Position numbers and translations under genes: made by a program. A model generated the notes under the pieces. The model did not search any database. It saw only the letters and a program-made list of their open reading frames with translations, and was not told where the DNA came from. A stretch of 64,000 nt of DNA. Source: Candidatus Paraprochloron terpiosi LD05. GTDB taxonomy: Bacteria > Cyanobacteriota > Cyanobacteriia > Cyanobacteriales > Prochloraceae. The DNA is taken from contig CP073341.1 in NCBI GenBank assembly GCA_018141785.1, forward strand, positions 3,129,422-3,193,421. The letters are read 5' to 3'. Below, one piece after another: positions 19,170-28,470 of this stretch (its first letter is position 1; each line of letters starts with the position of its first letter).

Positions 19170-19961
19170 ATGCTCATGGGATTACAGTGGATTTGGCGTC
19201 AGCAGCAGAGGAAAGTATCCCCTTGGTTGGCAGCAATATTAATCTTTTGTCTGACATGGCTGAGTTTGTCCGCGCCAGTGGCTGCAAATGATAAGCTGGT
19301 AACGAGACAATTAGAAGCGGAGGTCCTGGAAATTATCCGCAGCCATCCAGAAGCGATCTGGAACTCTTTACAGACATACCTAGCCCAAGAAAAGCAGCAG
19401 AAGCAACAAGCCCAGCAAGCAATCTTGCAGCAGTTGAAGACACTTCCTGCAAAAGTTATTGGCTCCTCTCCTACTGCGGGATCGCCGCAACAAAAAATTG
19501 TTTTGCTAGAGTTCTCCGACTTTCAATGTCCTTATTGCGGCTTGGCTCAGGATACAGTGAAGGAGTTTATGACTGAACACGAGGATGAAGTTACCTTGGT
19601 TTACAAGCATTATCCCCTCTCTTCTATCCATCCTCAAGCCATGGCGGCAGCTACAGCAGCTATTGCAGCTCATCGCCAGGGGAAGTTTTGGCAGTACCAC
19701 GATGCTCTCTTTGAGCAACAAGATAGGTTAGGGGAGGAATTTTATCAAGCTATTGCTAGAGACCTGAATTTGGATCTAGAACAATTTAACCGCGATCGCC
19801 AAAGCGATGCAGCACTGTTTGCTATTGAGCAGGACATTCAGCTCGCTCAGACTCTCGGGATTCAGGGTACTCCTTTCTTCATCATGAATGAGGAGACATT
19901 TTCTGGCGCTATTCCTCTCTCCCAAATAGAGGAGATATTCCAACGACAAAAATCTCGTTAA
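19170..19961 (+). CDS. DsbA-like thiol:disulfide oxidoreductase (thioredoxin domain)
   Basis: N-terminal membrane anchor/signal and CPYC active site (FSDFQCPYCGLAQ). Confidence 0.8.
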   Translation: MLMGLQWIWRQQQRKVSPWLAAILIFCLTWLSLSAPVAANDKLVTRQLEAEVLEIIRSHPEAIWNSLQTYLAQEKQQKQQAQQAILQQLKTLPAKVIGSSPTAGSPQQKIVLLEFSDFQCPYCGLAQDTVKEFMTEHEDEVTLVYKHYPLSSIHPQAMAAATAAIAAHRQGKFWQYHDALFEQQDRLGEEFYQAIARDLNLDLEQFNRDRQSDAALFAIEQDIQLAQTLGIQGTPFFIMNEETFSGAIPLSQIEEIFQRQKSR

Positions 19962-20185
19962 ATAAGTGTGGGAATTAATTGAACGATGAACAAAACAAGA
20001 GGGACAAGTCTGAATAAATTGATGGAAGAGTTTTCTAATATGGCTTTGGCGGAATTTGATGCTCATACTCGGTTTAAAGCGCTTGCTGTAGTGGGAGATC
20101 CAAACAAAGGCTTGATGCTGTTAGATAAGCTAGATGAACATTGGACTCAAAAGTGTTAGTAACGCAAAAGCTTGTAATTGTTGGG

Positions 20186-20581
20186 TTAACGAAAAGAACG
20201 TCTGATTGAGAAGATAACAACATCCACAACCAAAATCACTTCTAGTAATAGGAGCCAAAGAAAATGCCATAATAGAGGATTTGGTGGTCGAGTACCACTC
20301 ATCAAACCTGAAAGGAAAGTCCAGAATAAGTTCAATATCAATAAAAAAGTGACACGCCCTATGGGATGTCTTTCTTTCCGTGGACGCAATACCCAGTAGA
20401 CAAATGTCAGCTCAAGTACCATAATAGTGAACAAAATTACGACTAGAGCAAGATTAGAAGGCTCATAACTGCTAGGAACAAATCCAATCGGTGGATGAGT
20501 AACTTCATAGTAATAGTCATAGCCCATCATGAAACTGACTAATAACCAACTCAGAAAGATACTGTAGAGTTGGAAAGTCAT
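20186..20581 (-). CDS. Small integral membrane protein (about 4 TM segments)
   Basis: 131 aa with four long hydrophobic stretches. It lies immediately downstream of the 403-aa ORF on the same strand. Confidence 0.5.
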   Translation of the reverse strand: MTFQLYSIFLSWLLVSFMMGYDYYYEVTHPPIGFVPSSYEPSNLALVVILFTIMVLELTFVYWVLRPRKERHPIGRVTFLLILNLFWTFLSGLMSGTRPPNPLLWHFLWLLLLEVILVVDVVIFSIRRSFR

Positions 20582-20640
20582 AGCCCTATATTTCTCGTGG
20601 TTTTTGCATGAAAATTAACTTTTTTCATTATAATAGGTAG

Positions 20641-21852
20641 TTACTGTAGGCTCATAACCTTTTCTAGGCGATCAATTCGGTTGATCTTTTCATTCCCGTT
20701 TTGGGGGTTTTGGAGGATTTCGACCTTTGAACCGTAGCCACTACTGTAAAAGTAGGCGACAGCTTGAGGATAATCATTCGCATTCCAGGCACCTCCATTT
20801 TCATTGTTGATGAACGCGATCAAGTGGTGCAAGGTTGCTGCAACGACAATGGGAGCAGTTCTTGGATCAAGGAGAAAGTTCATCGCGGCTTCATCTGGAT
20901 TATCGTTGTATCCTGGAATATCGGAGGCATTTATGTGCCCCTGAGCCACCCTAGCTTTAACTCCATTAATGCTGACTTGACTAAAACCCAGGGTTACATC
21001 CAGATTTGGTAGTTCTTTTTTTCCCACAAATGCGTTTGCCTCACCGCTACGGTTGATCAAAACTTGCTCTATTAAGGTAAATGGGTCAGAACTATCCTGC
21101 CAATCATCAAGAATATCGCGGTGGTACAATTCATCGTAGATTATCGCTGCAACAAACCCAGCGGAGACATCGCTGAATTTACTAGCAGCATTTTTGATGT
21201 AATCCCGTAAGTAATAAATTAAGATTTCGATTTCGTCCATAGCCTGTATCATATTGAACTCGAAATCAAAGGAAAATTTGACGTTGACATCTTTGCGAAT
21301 GGGGCCTTCATAGAAGTCGGTAAAGTGGGTAATGCTGAAGGTTTCTAAATACGAGTACTTATTCTGATAAGGAATGTAATGGGTATAGCTTAACAAGGAG
21401 TGATCATCGTAGGTAGGATCATCTTCATCAATGGTCACTTGAAGCACTACCTTGAAACTGCTGATATCACTAGTTCTGGGATGTCCCAAAGCTGGTATTG
21501 GACTCGTTTCTAAAAAGAAGAGGTCTTCATCTGTAGCATTCGCATTTACTGTTTTTACTTCTGCTGACACCAAAACGGGTGTATCTGGATAAGCCAGCAA
21601 TCCGTGACCAGTAATGTCAAATTCTGGATTGTACATCAACTCCCTTGAGCAATCAATCTTGATTTTTAATTGTCCGCCAACACCAATACCATCAGAAGTC
21701 TCAATATGTAAGCTTTTCAGCTTTACTTTGGCGACATCCTTTTTTGCGTATACAACAGGAAGAAAAATTTCTTCCCCAAGAAACTCAAAGGTAGCACTTA
21801 TAATTGATTTTGCTTTGGATTTGATGTTATTGAGAAAACTAGCAGTTGACAT
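20641..21852 (-). CDS. Hypothetical protein (403 aa): beta-rich N-half, helical C-half
   Basis: Long ORF with no signal peptide. The C-half has E...(35)...LGFSQVSINGV...AYFYSSGYG spacing, faintly reminiscent of lytic transglycosylase/lysozyme-like folds. This is speculative. Confidence 0.45.
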   Translation of the reverse strand: MSTASFLNNIKSKAKSIISATFEFLGEEIFLPVVYAKKDVAKVKLKSLHIETSDGIGVGGQLKIKIDCSRELMYNPEFDITGHGLLAYPDTPVLVSAEVKTVNANATDEDLFFLETSPIPALGHPRTSDISSFKVVLQVTIDEDDPTYDDHSLLSYTHYIPYQNKYSYLETFSITHFTDFYEGPIRKDVNVKFSFDFEFNMIQAMDEIEILIYYLRDYIKNAASKFSDVSAGFVAAIIYDELYHRDILDDWQDSSDPFTLIEQVLINRSGEANAFVGKKELPNLDVTLGFSQVSINGVKARVAQGHINASDIPGYNDNPDEAAMNFLLDPRTAPIVVAATLHHLIAFINNENGGAWNANDYPQAVAYFYSSGYGSKVEILQNPQNGNEKINRIDRLEKVMSLQ

Positions 21853-22286
21853 AATATCTTGGATTTGGTGTTTATAGTGAATACAGATTTTGCAAAATCT
21901 GACACCTTGACGAAACAGTGTGTGATTCAGGGACGGCTGTCAAGGTTTAGAATCGCTGATTTATGAATAACCGTTAAGGTGAAAGTCTCCCCTACCAATA
22001 CAACATACCATAGACTTTAAAAAAAATTGTCAACCCTTTTGGAAAACTTTTTTAGCAATTTTTGCTAAAACCACGATCGCCCCGGTTGCTTGGGATCCTC
22101 AGGATCCTGTCCTCACTTACTGCCGTTTTGCCCGACTGCTCACACCATTTTGAGGTGAAAGAGCAACAGGTGGTGAGAGAAATTATTGGCGATCACCCTG
22201 CCTATAACTCAAAGAGCTTCATATATAGCTAATATGGGAACGTATATGTTATCATAGAAATATAACAATAAAAAGAGAATTCAATC

Positions 22287-22442
22287 ATGGTTTTAACACA
22301 TAGCTTTCAAGAAACTCTCAAAAAAAGGATAGAAACAGACCCATAATTTCGTTTATACCTTCTCCCAGAAGCAATTAATTATCTGTTAAAAGGATAATTT
22401 GACACAGGAAAAGCTATTTTACGATATTATACAGTACAATAA
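22287..22442 (+). pseudogene. Addiction-module antidote (HigA/TIGR02684-like) remnant with in-frame stops
   Basis: Reads MVLTHSFQETLKKRIETDP*FRLYLLPEAINYLLKG*FDTGKAILRYYTVQ* in a single frame. In-frame TAA codons lie at 22344 and 22395. Confidence 0.45.
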
Positions 22443-22470
22443 CATTAAAATGACAGTTACCAACAAGTAG

Positions 22471-25128
22471 ATGCAGCCCACCGACCCGAGTAAATTTACA
22501 GAACTTGCCTGGGAGGCGATCGTTAAATCCCAAGAAGTTGCTCGCCGCTATAAAAATCAAGATCTGGATGTAGAGCATGTTATACTCTCTCTGCTGGAAG
22601 AAGGATTGGCCCAGACACTCCTAGAGAGCGCGAAGATAGATCCATCCCGTTTGCAGGTGCTACTGACAACCTTCGCCAAGCGCCAACCCAAAATAAATAA
22701 TACAGAACAACTGTACCTCGCCTCCAGTCTAGATATGATGTTAGACAGGGCGGAGGCTTGTCGTGAAAGTTGGCAAGATAAATTTATCTCGACAGAACAT
22801 CTCCTGGTTGGGTTTGCAGAAGACGATCGCATTGGTAGGCGTTGTTTACGCAATTTCAATTTGGATCCCCAAGACCTAGAAAAAACAATTAAGGAAAATC
22901 GCACTGAACAAATAACTGAGGAAAATTCAGCTACCACCGATTCCAACAACTCTAGTGTCTTGGAAAAATATGGGCGAGATTTGACAGCACAAGCTTCATT
23001 AGGGAAACTGGATCCAGTTATAGGCAGAGATGAAGAAATCCGTCGTCTTATCCAAGTTCTTTCTCGCCGTTCCAAAAATAACCCTGTCTTAATTGGGGAA
23101 CCAGGAGTAGGGAAAACGGCGATCGCCGAAGGACTAGCTCAAAGAATTGTGAATGGTGATGTACCGGAATCTCTCAAAAACCGCCAGTTAATTGGATTGG
23201 ATATGGGCAGCTTAATTGCTGGAGCCAAATATCGGGGTCAATTTGAAGAGCGCCTCCGCTCGGTATTGAAGGAAGTAATCTCCTCAGAAGGACAAGTAGT
23301 GTTATTTATTGATGAATTGCATACGGTGGTGGGTACGGGTTCCCGGGAAGGAGCAATGGACGCGGGGAACTTGCTCAAACCTATGTTGGCTAGGGGAGAG
23401 TTGCGCTGTATCGGGGCTACTACTTTAGATGAGTATAGGAACCACATTGAAAAAGATGCTGCTTTGGAACGGCGGTTTCAACAGGTTTATGTGAAACAAC
23501 CCACGGTAGAGGACGCCATTTCCATTCTCCGAGGACTGAAAGAACGGTATGAAGTTCATCACGGAGTCAAAATTACCGACTCTGCCTTGGTGTGCGCTGC
23601 AACCCTTTCCCAGCGCTATATCAGCGATCGCTGTCTCCCGGACAAAGCCATCGATTTGGTGGATGAAGCTGCTGCCAAGCTGAAAATGGAGATTACCTCC
23701 AAACCAACAGAATTAGAAGCCATTGATCGCCGTTTACTCCAACTTCAGATGGAAAAGCTTTCCCTGGAAGGAGAAGAACAAAGTCCCACAGTAACTCAAC
23801 TCTATCTTTCTAAGGCTAAGGAGCGTCTGGAAGGAATCGAAGCAGAAATTGACCAGTTGAAAGTAAAACAAGAACAACTTTCCTCTCAATGGCTGGCAGA
23901 AAAGCAAATGCTGGCAGAAATCAATGCTCTCAAAGAAGAAGAAGGACAACTTAGATTGCAGGTAGAACAAGCAGAACGGGTTGGAGACCTGAATAAAGCG
24001 GCTCAGTTAAAATACGGACGCTTGAGGGTACTGGAGGAAAAGTTGGCAGCCAAAGAAAGCAAGCTGTTAGAAATTCAATCTACTGGTACTGCCTTATTGC
24101 GGGAACAAGTGACAGAAGGGGATATTGCAGAAATAGTGGCTCGTTGGACGGGTATTCCCCTCACTCGGCTGTTAGAGTCAGAAAGACAAAAGCTACTCCA
24201 ATTAGAAGGGCATCTCCATCAACGAGTCATCGGTCAAAAAGAAGCTGTAACCGCAGTAGCAGCAGCTATTCGTCGCGCTAGGGCAGGGATGAAGGATCCC
24301 GGACGTCCCATTGGTTCTTTCCTGTTTATGGGACCAACTGGGGTAGGCAAAACAGAACTGGCGCGCGCTCTGGCGCAATTTCTCTTTGACAGCGAAGACG
24401 CCATGGTGCGCATTGATATGTCTGAGTATATGGAGAAACATTCCGTTTCCAGATTAATCGGCGCCCCTCCAGGATACGTGGGTTATGAAGAAGGAGGACA
24501 ACTCTCGGAAGCTATTCGTCGTCGTCCCTATGCAGTGGTGCTCCTAGATGAAGTGGAAAAAGCTCACCGGGATGTATTTAACATTTTACTCCAGGTACTG
24601 GATGACGGGCGCATTACCGATTCTCAGGGGAGAACGGTGGATTTCTGCAATACTATTATCGTCATGACGAGCAATATCGGCAGTGAACACATTCTTAATT
24701 CTGGAGAGCAAGAAGTTAAAAGAGAGGAAATAGAGGAACAGGTTCTGCAAGCATTACGGAGACATTTTCGTCCCGAATTTCTCAATCGCGTGGATGAGTT
24801 GATTATCTTCCACAGTCTCCAACGAGAGGAATTACGTCAAATTGTCACTATTCAGATTAAACGTCTCGAACGCTTGTTAGCAGAGCAAAAAATTACCTTG
24901 GAATTGTCCTCTGCGGCTAAAAACTATATTGTCAATGTAGGTTACGATCCTGTATATGGTGCCCGTCCCTTAAAACGGGCGATTACTCGTGAATTAGAAA
25001 ATACCCTCGCCACCAAGATTTTGGAAAATACTTTTGTAGAAGGAGATACAATTGAGATTGATTGCTTGGAAGATACCCTCACTTTCAGCAAGAAGGAGGT
25101 CAAAGTAGTAGAAGCTCAAGTTGCTTAG
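22471..25128 (+). CDS. clpB: ATP-dependent chaperone ClpB
   Basis: 885 aa with a Clp N-domain, two AAA+ modules ([30 protein letters not shown]) and a long middle coiled coil. Confidence 0.95.
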   Translation: MQPTDPSKFTELAWEAIVKSQEVARRYKNQDLDVEHVILSLLEEGLAQTLLESAKIDPSRLQVLLTTFAKRQPKINNTEQLYLASSLDMMLDRAEACRESWQDKFISTEHLLVGFAEDDRIGRRCLRNFNLDPQDLEKTIKENRTEQITEENSATTDSNNSSVLEKYGRDLTAQASLGKLDPVIGRDEEIRRLIQVLSRRSKNNPVLIGEPGVGKTAIAEGLAQRIVNGDVPESLKNRQLIGLDMGSLIAGAKYRGQFEERLRSVLKEVISSEGQVVLFIDELHTVVGTGSREGAMDAGNLLKPMLARGELRCIGATTLDEYRNHIEKDAALERRFQQVYVKQPTVEDAISILRGLKERYEVHHGVKITDSALVCAATLSQRYISDRCLPDKAIDLVDEAAAKLKMEITSKPTELEAIDRRLLQLQMEKLSLEGEEQSPTVTQLYLSKAKERLEGIEAEIDQLKVKQEQLSSQWLAEKQMLAEINALKEEEGQLRLQVEQAERVGDLNKAAQLKYGRLRVLEEKLAAKESKLLEIQSTGTALLREQVTEGDIAEIVARWTGIPLTRLLESERQKLLQLEGHLHQRVIGQKEAVTAVAAAIRRARAGMKDPGRPIGSFLFMGPTGVGKTELARALAQFLFDSEDAMVRIDMSEYMEKHSVSRLIGAPPGYVGYEEGGQLSEAIRRRPYAVVLLDEVEKAHRDVFNILLQVLDDGRITDSQGRTVDFCNTIIVMTSNIGSEHILNSGEQEVKREEIEEQVLQALRRHFRPEFLNRVDELIIFHSLQREELRQIVTIQIKRLERLLAEQKITLELSSAAKNYIVNVGYDPVYGARPLKRAITRELENTLATKILENTFVEGDTIEIDCLEDTLTFSKKEVKVVEAQVA

Positions 25129-25294
25129 AGATTTATCTTGCACCTAATAAGATATGGTATAGTAGTAAAAACTGACCTAGTAACTGCTTGTGAGCTGGAA
25201 CTTTTCGTCAAAAGCTAAATTAGCCCGTTGTATCTCTGGCAAAATGGTTATTTAACTGGAGCGGAAAAGCAAATAGATTGAAAACAGAAAAACC

Positions 25295-26035
25295 ATGATA
25301 TTAACTGACAAGTTTGTTTATATACATATACCTAAGACTGGAGGAACTTTTGTAACTTCAATACTCAACCAACTTCATTGTCAAAGAGAAGAAGGAACTA
25401 AACTCAGCCGTTTGCTGGCCAGAATATCTGGCTACTGTCGAGGTTATATTGATACCAATAGAAAAGGCACCAAACACGGAACTTGCAGTCAAATTCCATG
25501 GGCTTTCAGAAGTAAGCCCATTGTGTCTAATACCAGAAACCCTTACGATTCATATGTATCAGCCTATGAGTTTGGGATGTGGATCAAAAGATATTGTAAT
25601 CCCAACAGAGATTATTCTTTTTTAGAGTTTGTCAAGCTCCGCAATGGATTAGGAGAAGATTCAGGGATGCACTTTGATGATAAATCTTTAGGTTTCCTTA
25701 GCAAAAGATTTATCAAGTTTTTTTTCAAACAGCCAGATAATCAGCTATCTAGAATAGATGATAGCTATCTGAAAAATAAAACCTACCAAGAAGAGATGTT
25801 TCCGGTCCATTTTTTCAGGAAAGAAAATTTGAATCAGGATCTCTACGAGTATTTACTGAGTGTAAGATATTCAGCCAAGCAAATTGAGTTTATTCTTAAT
25901 GAGCCGAAGATAGTACCGCTTGGAAACATAAGAGGAGAAGACAAAAAATGGTCAAATTACTATACCCCAGAATTGAAAAAATGGGTGAGAATGAAAGAAA
26001 GGTTGTTGTTTGCAATTAATTTTTCCCGAATATGA
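25295..26035 (+). CDS. Sulfotransferase family protein (HxPKTGGT type)
   Basis: N-terminal YIHIPKTGGTF motif, typical of the sulfotransferase-2-like family. Confidence 0.55.
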   Translation: MILTDKFVYIHIPKTGGTFVTSILNQLHCQREEGTKLSRLLARISGYCRGYIDTNRKGTKHGTCSQIPWAFRSKPIVSNTRNPYDSYVSAYEFGMWIKRYCNPNRDYSFLEFVKLRNGLGEDSGMHFDDKSLGFLSKRFIKFFFKQPDNQLSRIDDSYLKNKTYQEEMFPVHFFRKENLNQDLYEYLLSVRYSAKQIEFILNEPKIVPLGNIRGEDKKWSNYYTPELKKWVRMKERLLFAINFSRI

Positions 26036-26072
26036 TATATAAGTAAGATAACAAAGATGCTGGCTCGTTGCA

Positions 26073-26160
26073 ATGCTAGACTTTACCATAGCCATTCCCA
26101 CCTATAATGGATCCAACCGCTTGCCGGCAGTTGTGGATAAGCTGAAAGCCCAAACTGGTA
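26073..26160 (+). pseudogene. N-terminal fragment of a family-2 glycosyltransferase
   Basis: MLDFTIAIPTYNGSNRLPAVVDKLKAQTG is a typical GT2 N-terminus; the frame then breaks off. Confidence 0.55.
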
Positions 26161-26179
26161 AAGATAAAAGCAAGTCAGC

Positions 26180-26219
26180 CAAGAGGGTAGATACGGAAAT
26201 CCGAATCAGTTTTTGGGGG
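26180..26219 (+). repeat. 40-nt duplicate of the 5' end region of the sulfotransferase gene at 28364..28403
   Basis: CAAGAGGGTAGATACGGAAATCCGAATCAG(T/G)TTTTGGGGG is present at both places. Confidence 0.85.
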
Positions 26220-26230
26220 CGATCCAGCGA

Positions 26231-26368
26231 GAATTAGAAAATACTCTCGCCACCAAGATTTTGGAAAATGCTTTTGTAGAAGGAGATACAATTGAGATTG
26301 ATTGCTTGGGAGATACCCTCACTTTCAGCAAGAAAGAGATAAAAGTAGTAGAAATCCAAGTCGTTTAG
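26231..26368 (+). repeat. 138-nt duplicate of the clpB 3' end (24991..25128), including its stop codon
   Basis: Collinear alignment GAATTAGAAAATAC.CTCGCCACCAAGATTTTGGAAAAT...GATTGATTGCTTGG.AGATACCCTCACTTTCAGCAAGAA... with about a dozen substitutions, concentrated at the 3' end. Confidence 0.9.
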
Positions 26369-26381
26369 CTCAGGATGTTTA

Positions 26382-27293
26382 ATGTATTTATTGAACCGTA
26401 AATTTCATATAATCAAACTAGTTGGTGATATCTTAAGTCCCTTAGTAATTGCAAAACAATCACCTATTTATATCGTTGGTATGCCTAGATCAGGAACTAC
26501 CTGGATTACTTCCATTTTAAGTACATCTCCTGGAATTAAATGCTTATTTGAACCGTTTAATGTCAAATTTAGTCCCGAAGCCAAACCTTATATAAAAAAA
26601 TATTTCCGCGAAGAGCACCATGAAGAATTGGCCCTCTATTTTAGGAATATCTTGAGGTTTAATCATAAAGAGTGTAGATTAGGATATCTGGGGCGTATCT
26701 ATAAAAAATTGCCCTGGTGGCCCGGTCGAATCATGATTAAGGATGTACACACAACCATGGCTTTAGATTGGATTGCGCAGCAGATTAATCCTATCATAGT
26801 CATTATCATGCGCCATCCCTGTGCAGTCGCCCTAAGTTGGTTTCGTCTTTCTTCGAGGGTACCAGACTTAGAACCAAACTTAGATAAGTTCCTCCAGCAA
26901 CCCAAGCTGATGGCTGATTATTTAGCCCCTTTTGAATCAGTGATGAGAAATGCTAGGAGTTTCTGGCAAAAGACAGGTGCTCTATGGGGTGCATCTTATT
27001 ATGTCATGCTTGAGCAACAAAAACAACATCCAGACTGGATTGTAATCCAACACGAGACTTTGTGTCAAGATCCACGGCAGCAATATCGCGAATTATTTGA
27101 CAAATTAAATCTTCATTGGACACCAACAACTGACTATCTGCTCAATCTATCAACTAACAACAATAGTGATGATCCTTGGCTCCCGGTAAGAATATCTTCC
27201 CGAGAGCATAATAAGTGGCAAAAAGAACTGGAGCGATCGCAAATCAATCAGGTTAAGGAATTTGTCCAACCCTTTGGCATTCCATATTTTTAG
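26382..27293 (+). CDS. Sulfotransferase (PAPS-dependent, P-loop type)
   Basis: The 5'-PSB-like motif IVGMPRSGTTW lies near the N-terminus. Confidence 0.7.
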   Translation: MYLLNRKFHIIKLVGDILSPLVIAKQSPIYIVGMPRSGTTWITSILSTSPGIKCLFEPFNVKFSPEAKPYIKKYFREEHHEELALYFRNILRFNHKECRLGYLGRIYKKLPWWPGRIMIKDVHTTMALDWIAQQINPIIVIIMRHPCAVALSWFRLSSRVPDLEPNLDKFLQQPKLMADYLAPFESVMRNARSFWQKTGALWGASYYVMLEQQKQHPDWIVIQHETLCQDPRQQYRELFDKLNLHWTPTTDYLLNLSTNNNSDDPWLPVRISSREHNKWQKELERSQINQVKEFVQPFGIPYF

Positions 27294-27302
27294 TGTCAGC
27301 CC

Positions 27303-27365
27303 ATGTTAGATTTTACAGTAGCCATTCCCTGGGAAATTATCGTTGTGGATAATAATAGCACCATT
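27303..27365 (+). pseudogene. Second, internally deleted GT2 N-terminal fragment
   Basis: MLDFTVAIP joins directly to WEIIVVDNNST. The roughly 30 codons expected between these two GT2 motifs are missing. Confidence 0.5.
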
Positions 27366-27431
27366 GTTGCATTGATTATACTACCTCCTTCCCAGGGAGG
27401 ATTACTTTTTCTGATGAAGCGAAATGTCAAT

Positions 27432-28409
27432 TTATTCTAGCCATTTTGATAAATCCCGCTGGAGTAGTTCTTGAAGCTGCTTTATATCTTCCCGAAACAC
27501 CGGAGTCCATTGCTTTCGTATCTCAGGGGTTAGCTTTGGTGTTGGAGTTATGTTACTCCAATAAACTTTAGCAGCTATAGGCTTCCTTAACCTAGCTGGA
27601 ATTATCGCTCTAAGAGCAGTTTTGATGGTATTTTCAGTAAAAAAATTAAACAAAGTTTTGTTTTTCGGAACTTTATCCCAGACAAGATACTTCACGGACA
27701 TATCTGGGATAAAGGTATCATTAACTTCCAGGAAGCGAAAAATATCCTGGATAAAGCGAATGGGATTACTTTTCCAGTCTTCGTAAAGACAAACTTTGAT
27801 TTGAGAAGAGTCAAATATGTCAAAATATCGTTTCAGCTGACGGTGATAAAAACCTATTTGCTGATAATACCAAGTTGGCGCATAGTTTTGAGCGATGCGT
27901 TTTTCTTCTGCTTGCAGCGCCTGGGAAAAATCTGTCAACCACTCTCTACCATTGCGACGGGAATGTATGAAGTGAGAGAAAGCCCTTTCAACTGGATGAC
28001 GGAGGATAGCAATCAATTTGGCATTGGGAATATAATGCTTAATTGCTGCGGGAGCTTTGGATAAATAAAGGTATAAAACAGAAGCTTCACCAATGGCTAC
28101 TTCATCCTTTACTCCTTGAAAAAGTCCCTGGTAAGCTTTTAGGTCGGTAATTGTATACTGATGGAGCCAAGGTTGGTTATCTCCGGGTCTGCGAAAATTA
28201 AGTTTCTCTCCCTCAAAAGCAAAGAAATTGGGTTCCTTGTAGGGCTCAGGGGGCATGTAAATTTGAGGATGCTGTCTGAGGTAATTATACAGGGAGGTGG
28301 TTCCTGCTTTGGGGACACCGATAAGGAGAAAGTTAGGCATTGTCATTACAATCTTCTCCCAATCAAGAGGGTAGATACGGAAATCCGAATCAGGTTTTGG
28401 GGGCATCAC
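27432..28409 (-). CDS. Sulfotransferase domain protein
   Basis: 5'-PSB LLIGVPKAGTTSL and 3'-PB RHPVERAFSHF motifs. The true start is probably the ATG at 28346 or 28340 rather than the GTG at 28409. Confidence 0.8.
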   Translation of the reverse strand: MMPPKPDSDFRIYPLDWEKIVMTMPNFLLIGVPKAGTTSLYNYLRQHPQIYMPPEPYKEPNFFAFEGEKLNFRRPGDNQPWLHQYTITDLKAYQGLFQGVKDEVAIGEASVLYLYLSKAPAAIKHYIPNAKLIAILRHPVERAFSHFIHSRRNGREWLTDFSQALQAEEKRIAQNYAPTWYYQQIGFYHRQLKRYFDIFDSSQIKVCLYEDWKSNPIRFIQDIFRFLEVNDTFIPDMSVKYLVWDKVPKNKTLFNFFTENTIKTALRAIIPARLRKPIAAKVYWSNITPTPKLTPEIRKQWTPVFREDIKQLQELLQRDLSKWLE

Positions 28410-28470
28410 GGGTACAGGTTAGCAGGGAAATGGCTCATAATCAAGAGGAAATAGCGTAAAAGGAACCTAT

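Noticed and set aside
22557-23075. Long antisense or alternative-frame ORFs in the track. Examples are 22557..23075 inside clpB, 15266..15838 inside dnaJ, 29425..29841 inside htpG, 34366..35177 inside the peptidase, and 58672..59460 inside ahcY.
   Set aside because: They lie wholly within well-supported genes, have low-complexity or odd composition, and contain no recognisable motifs. They are treated as shadow ORFs.
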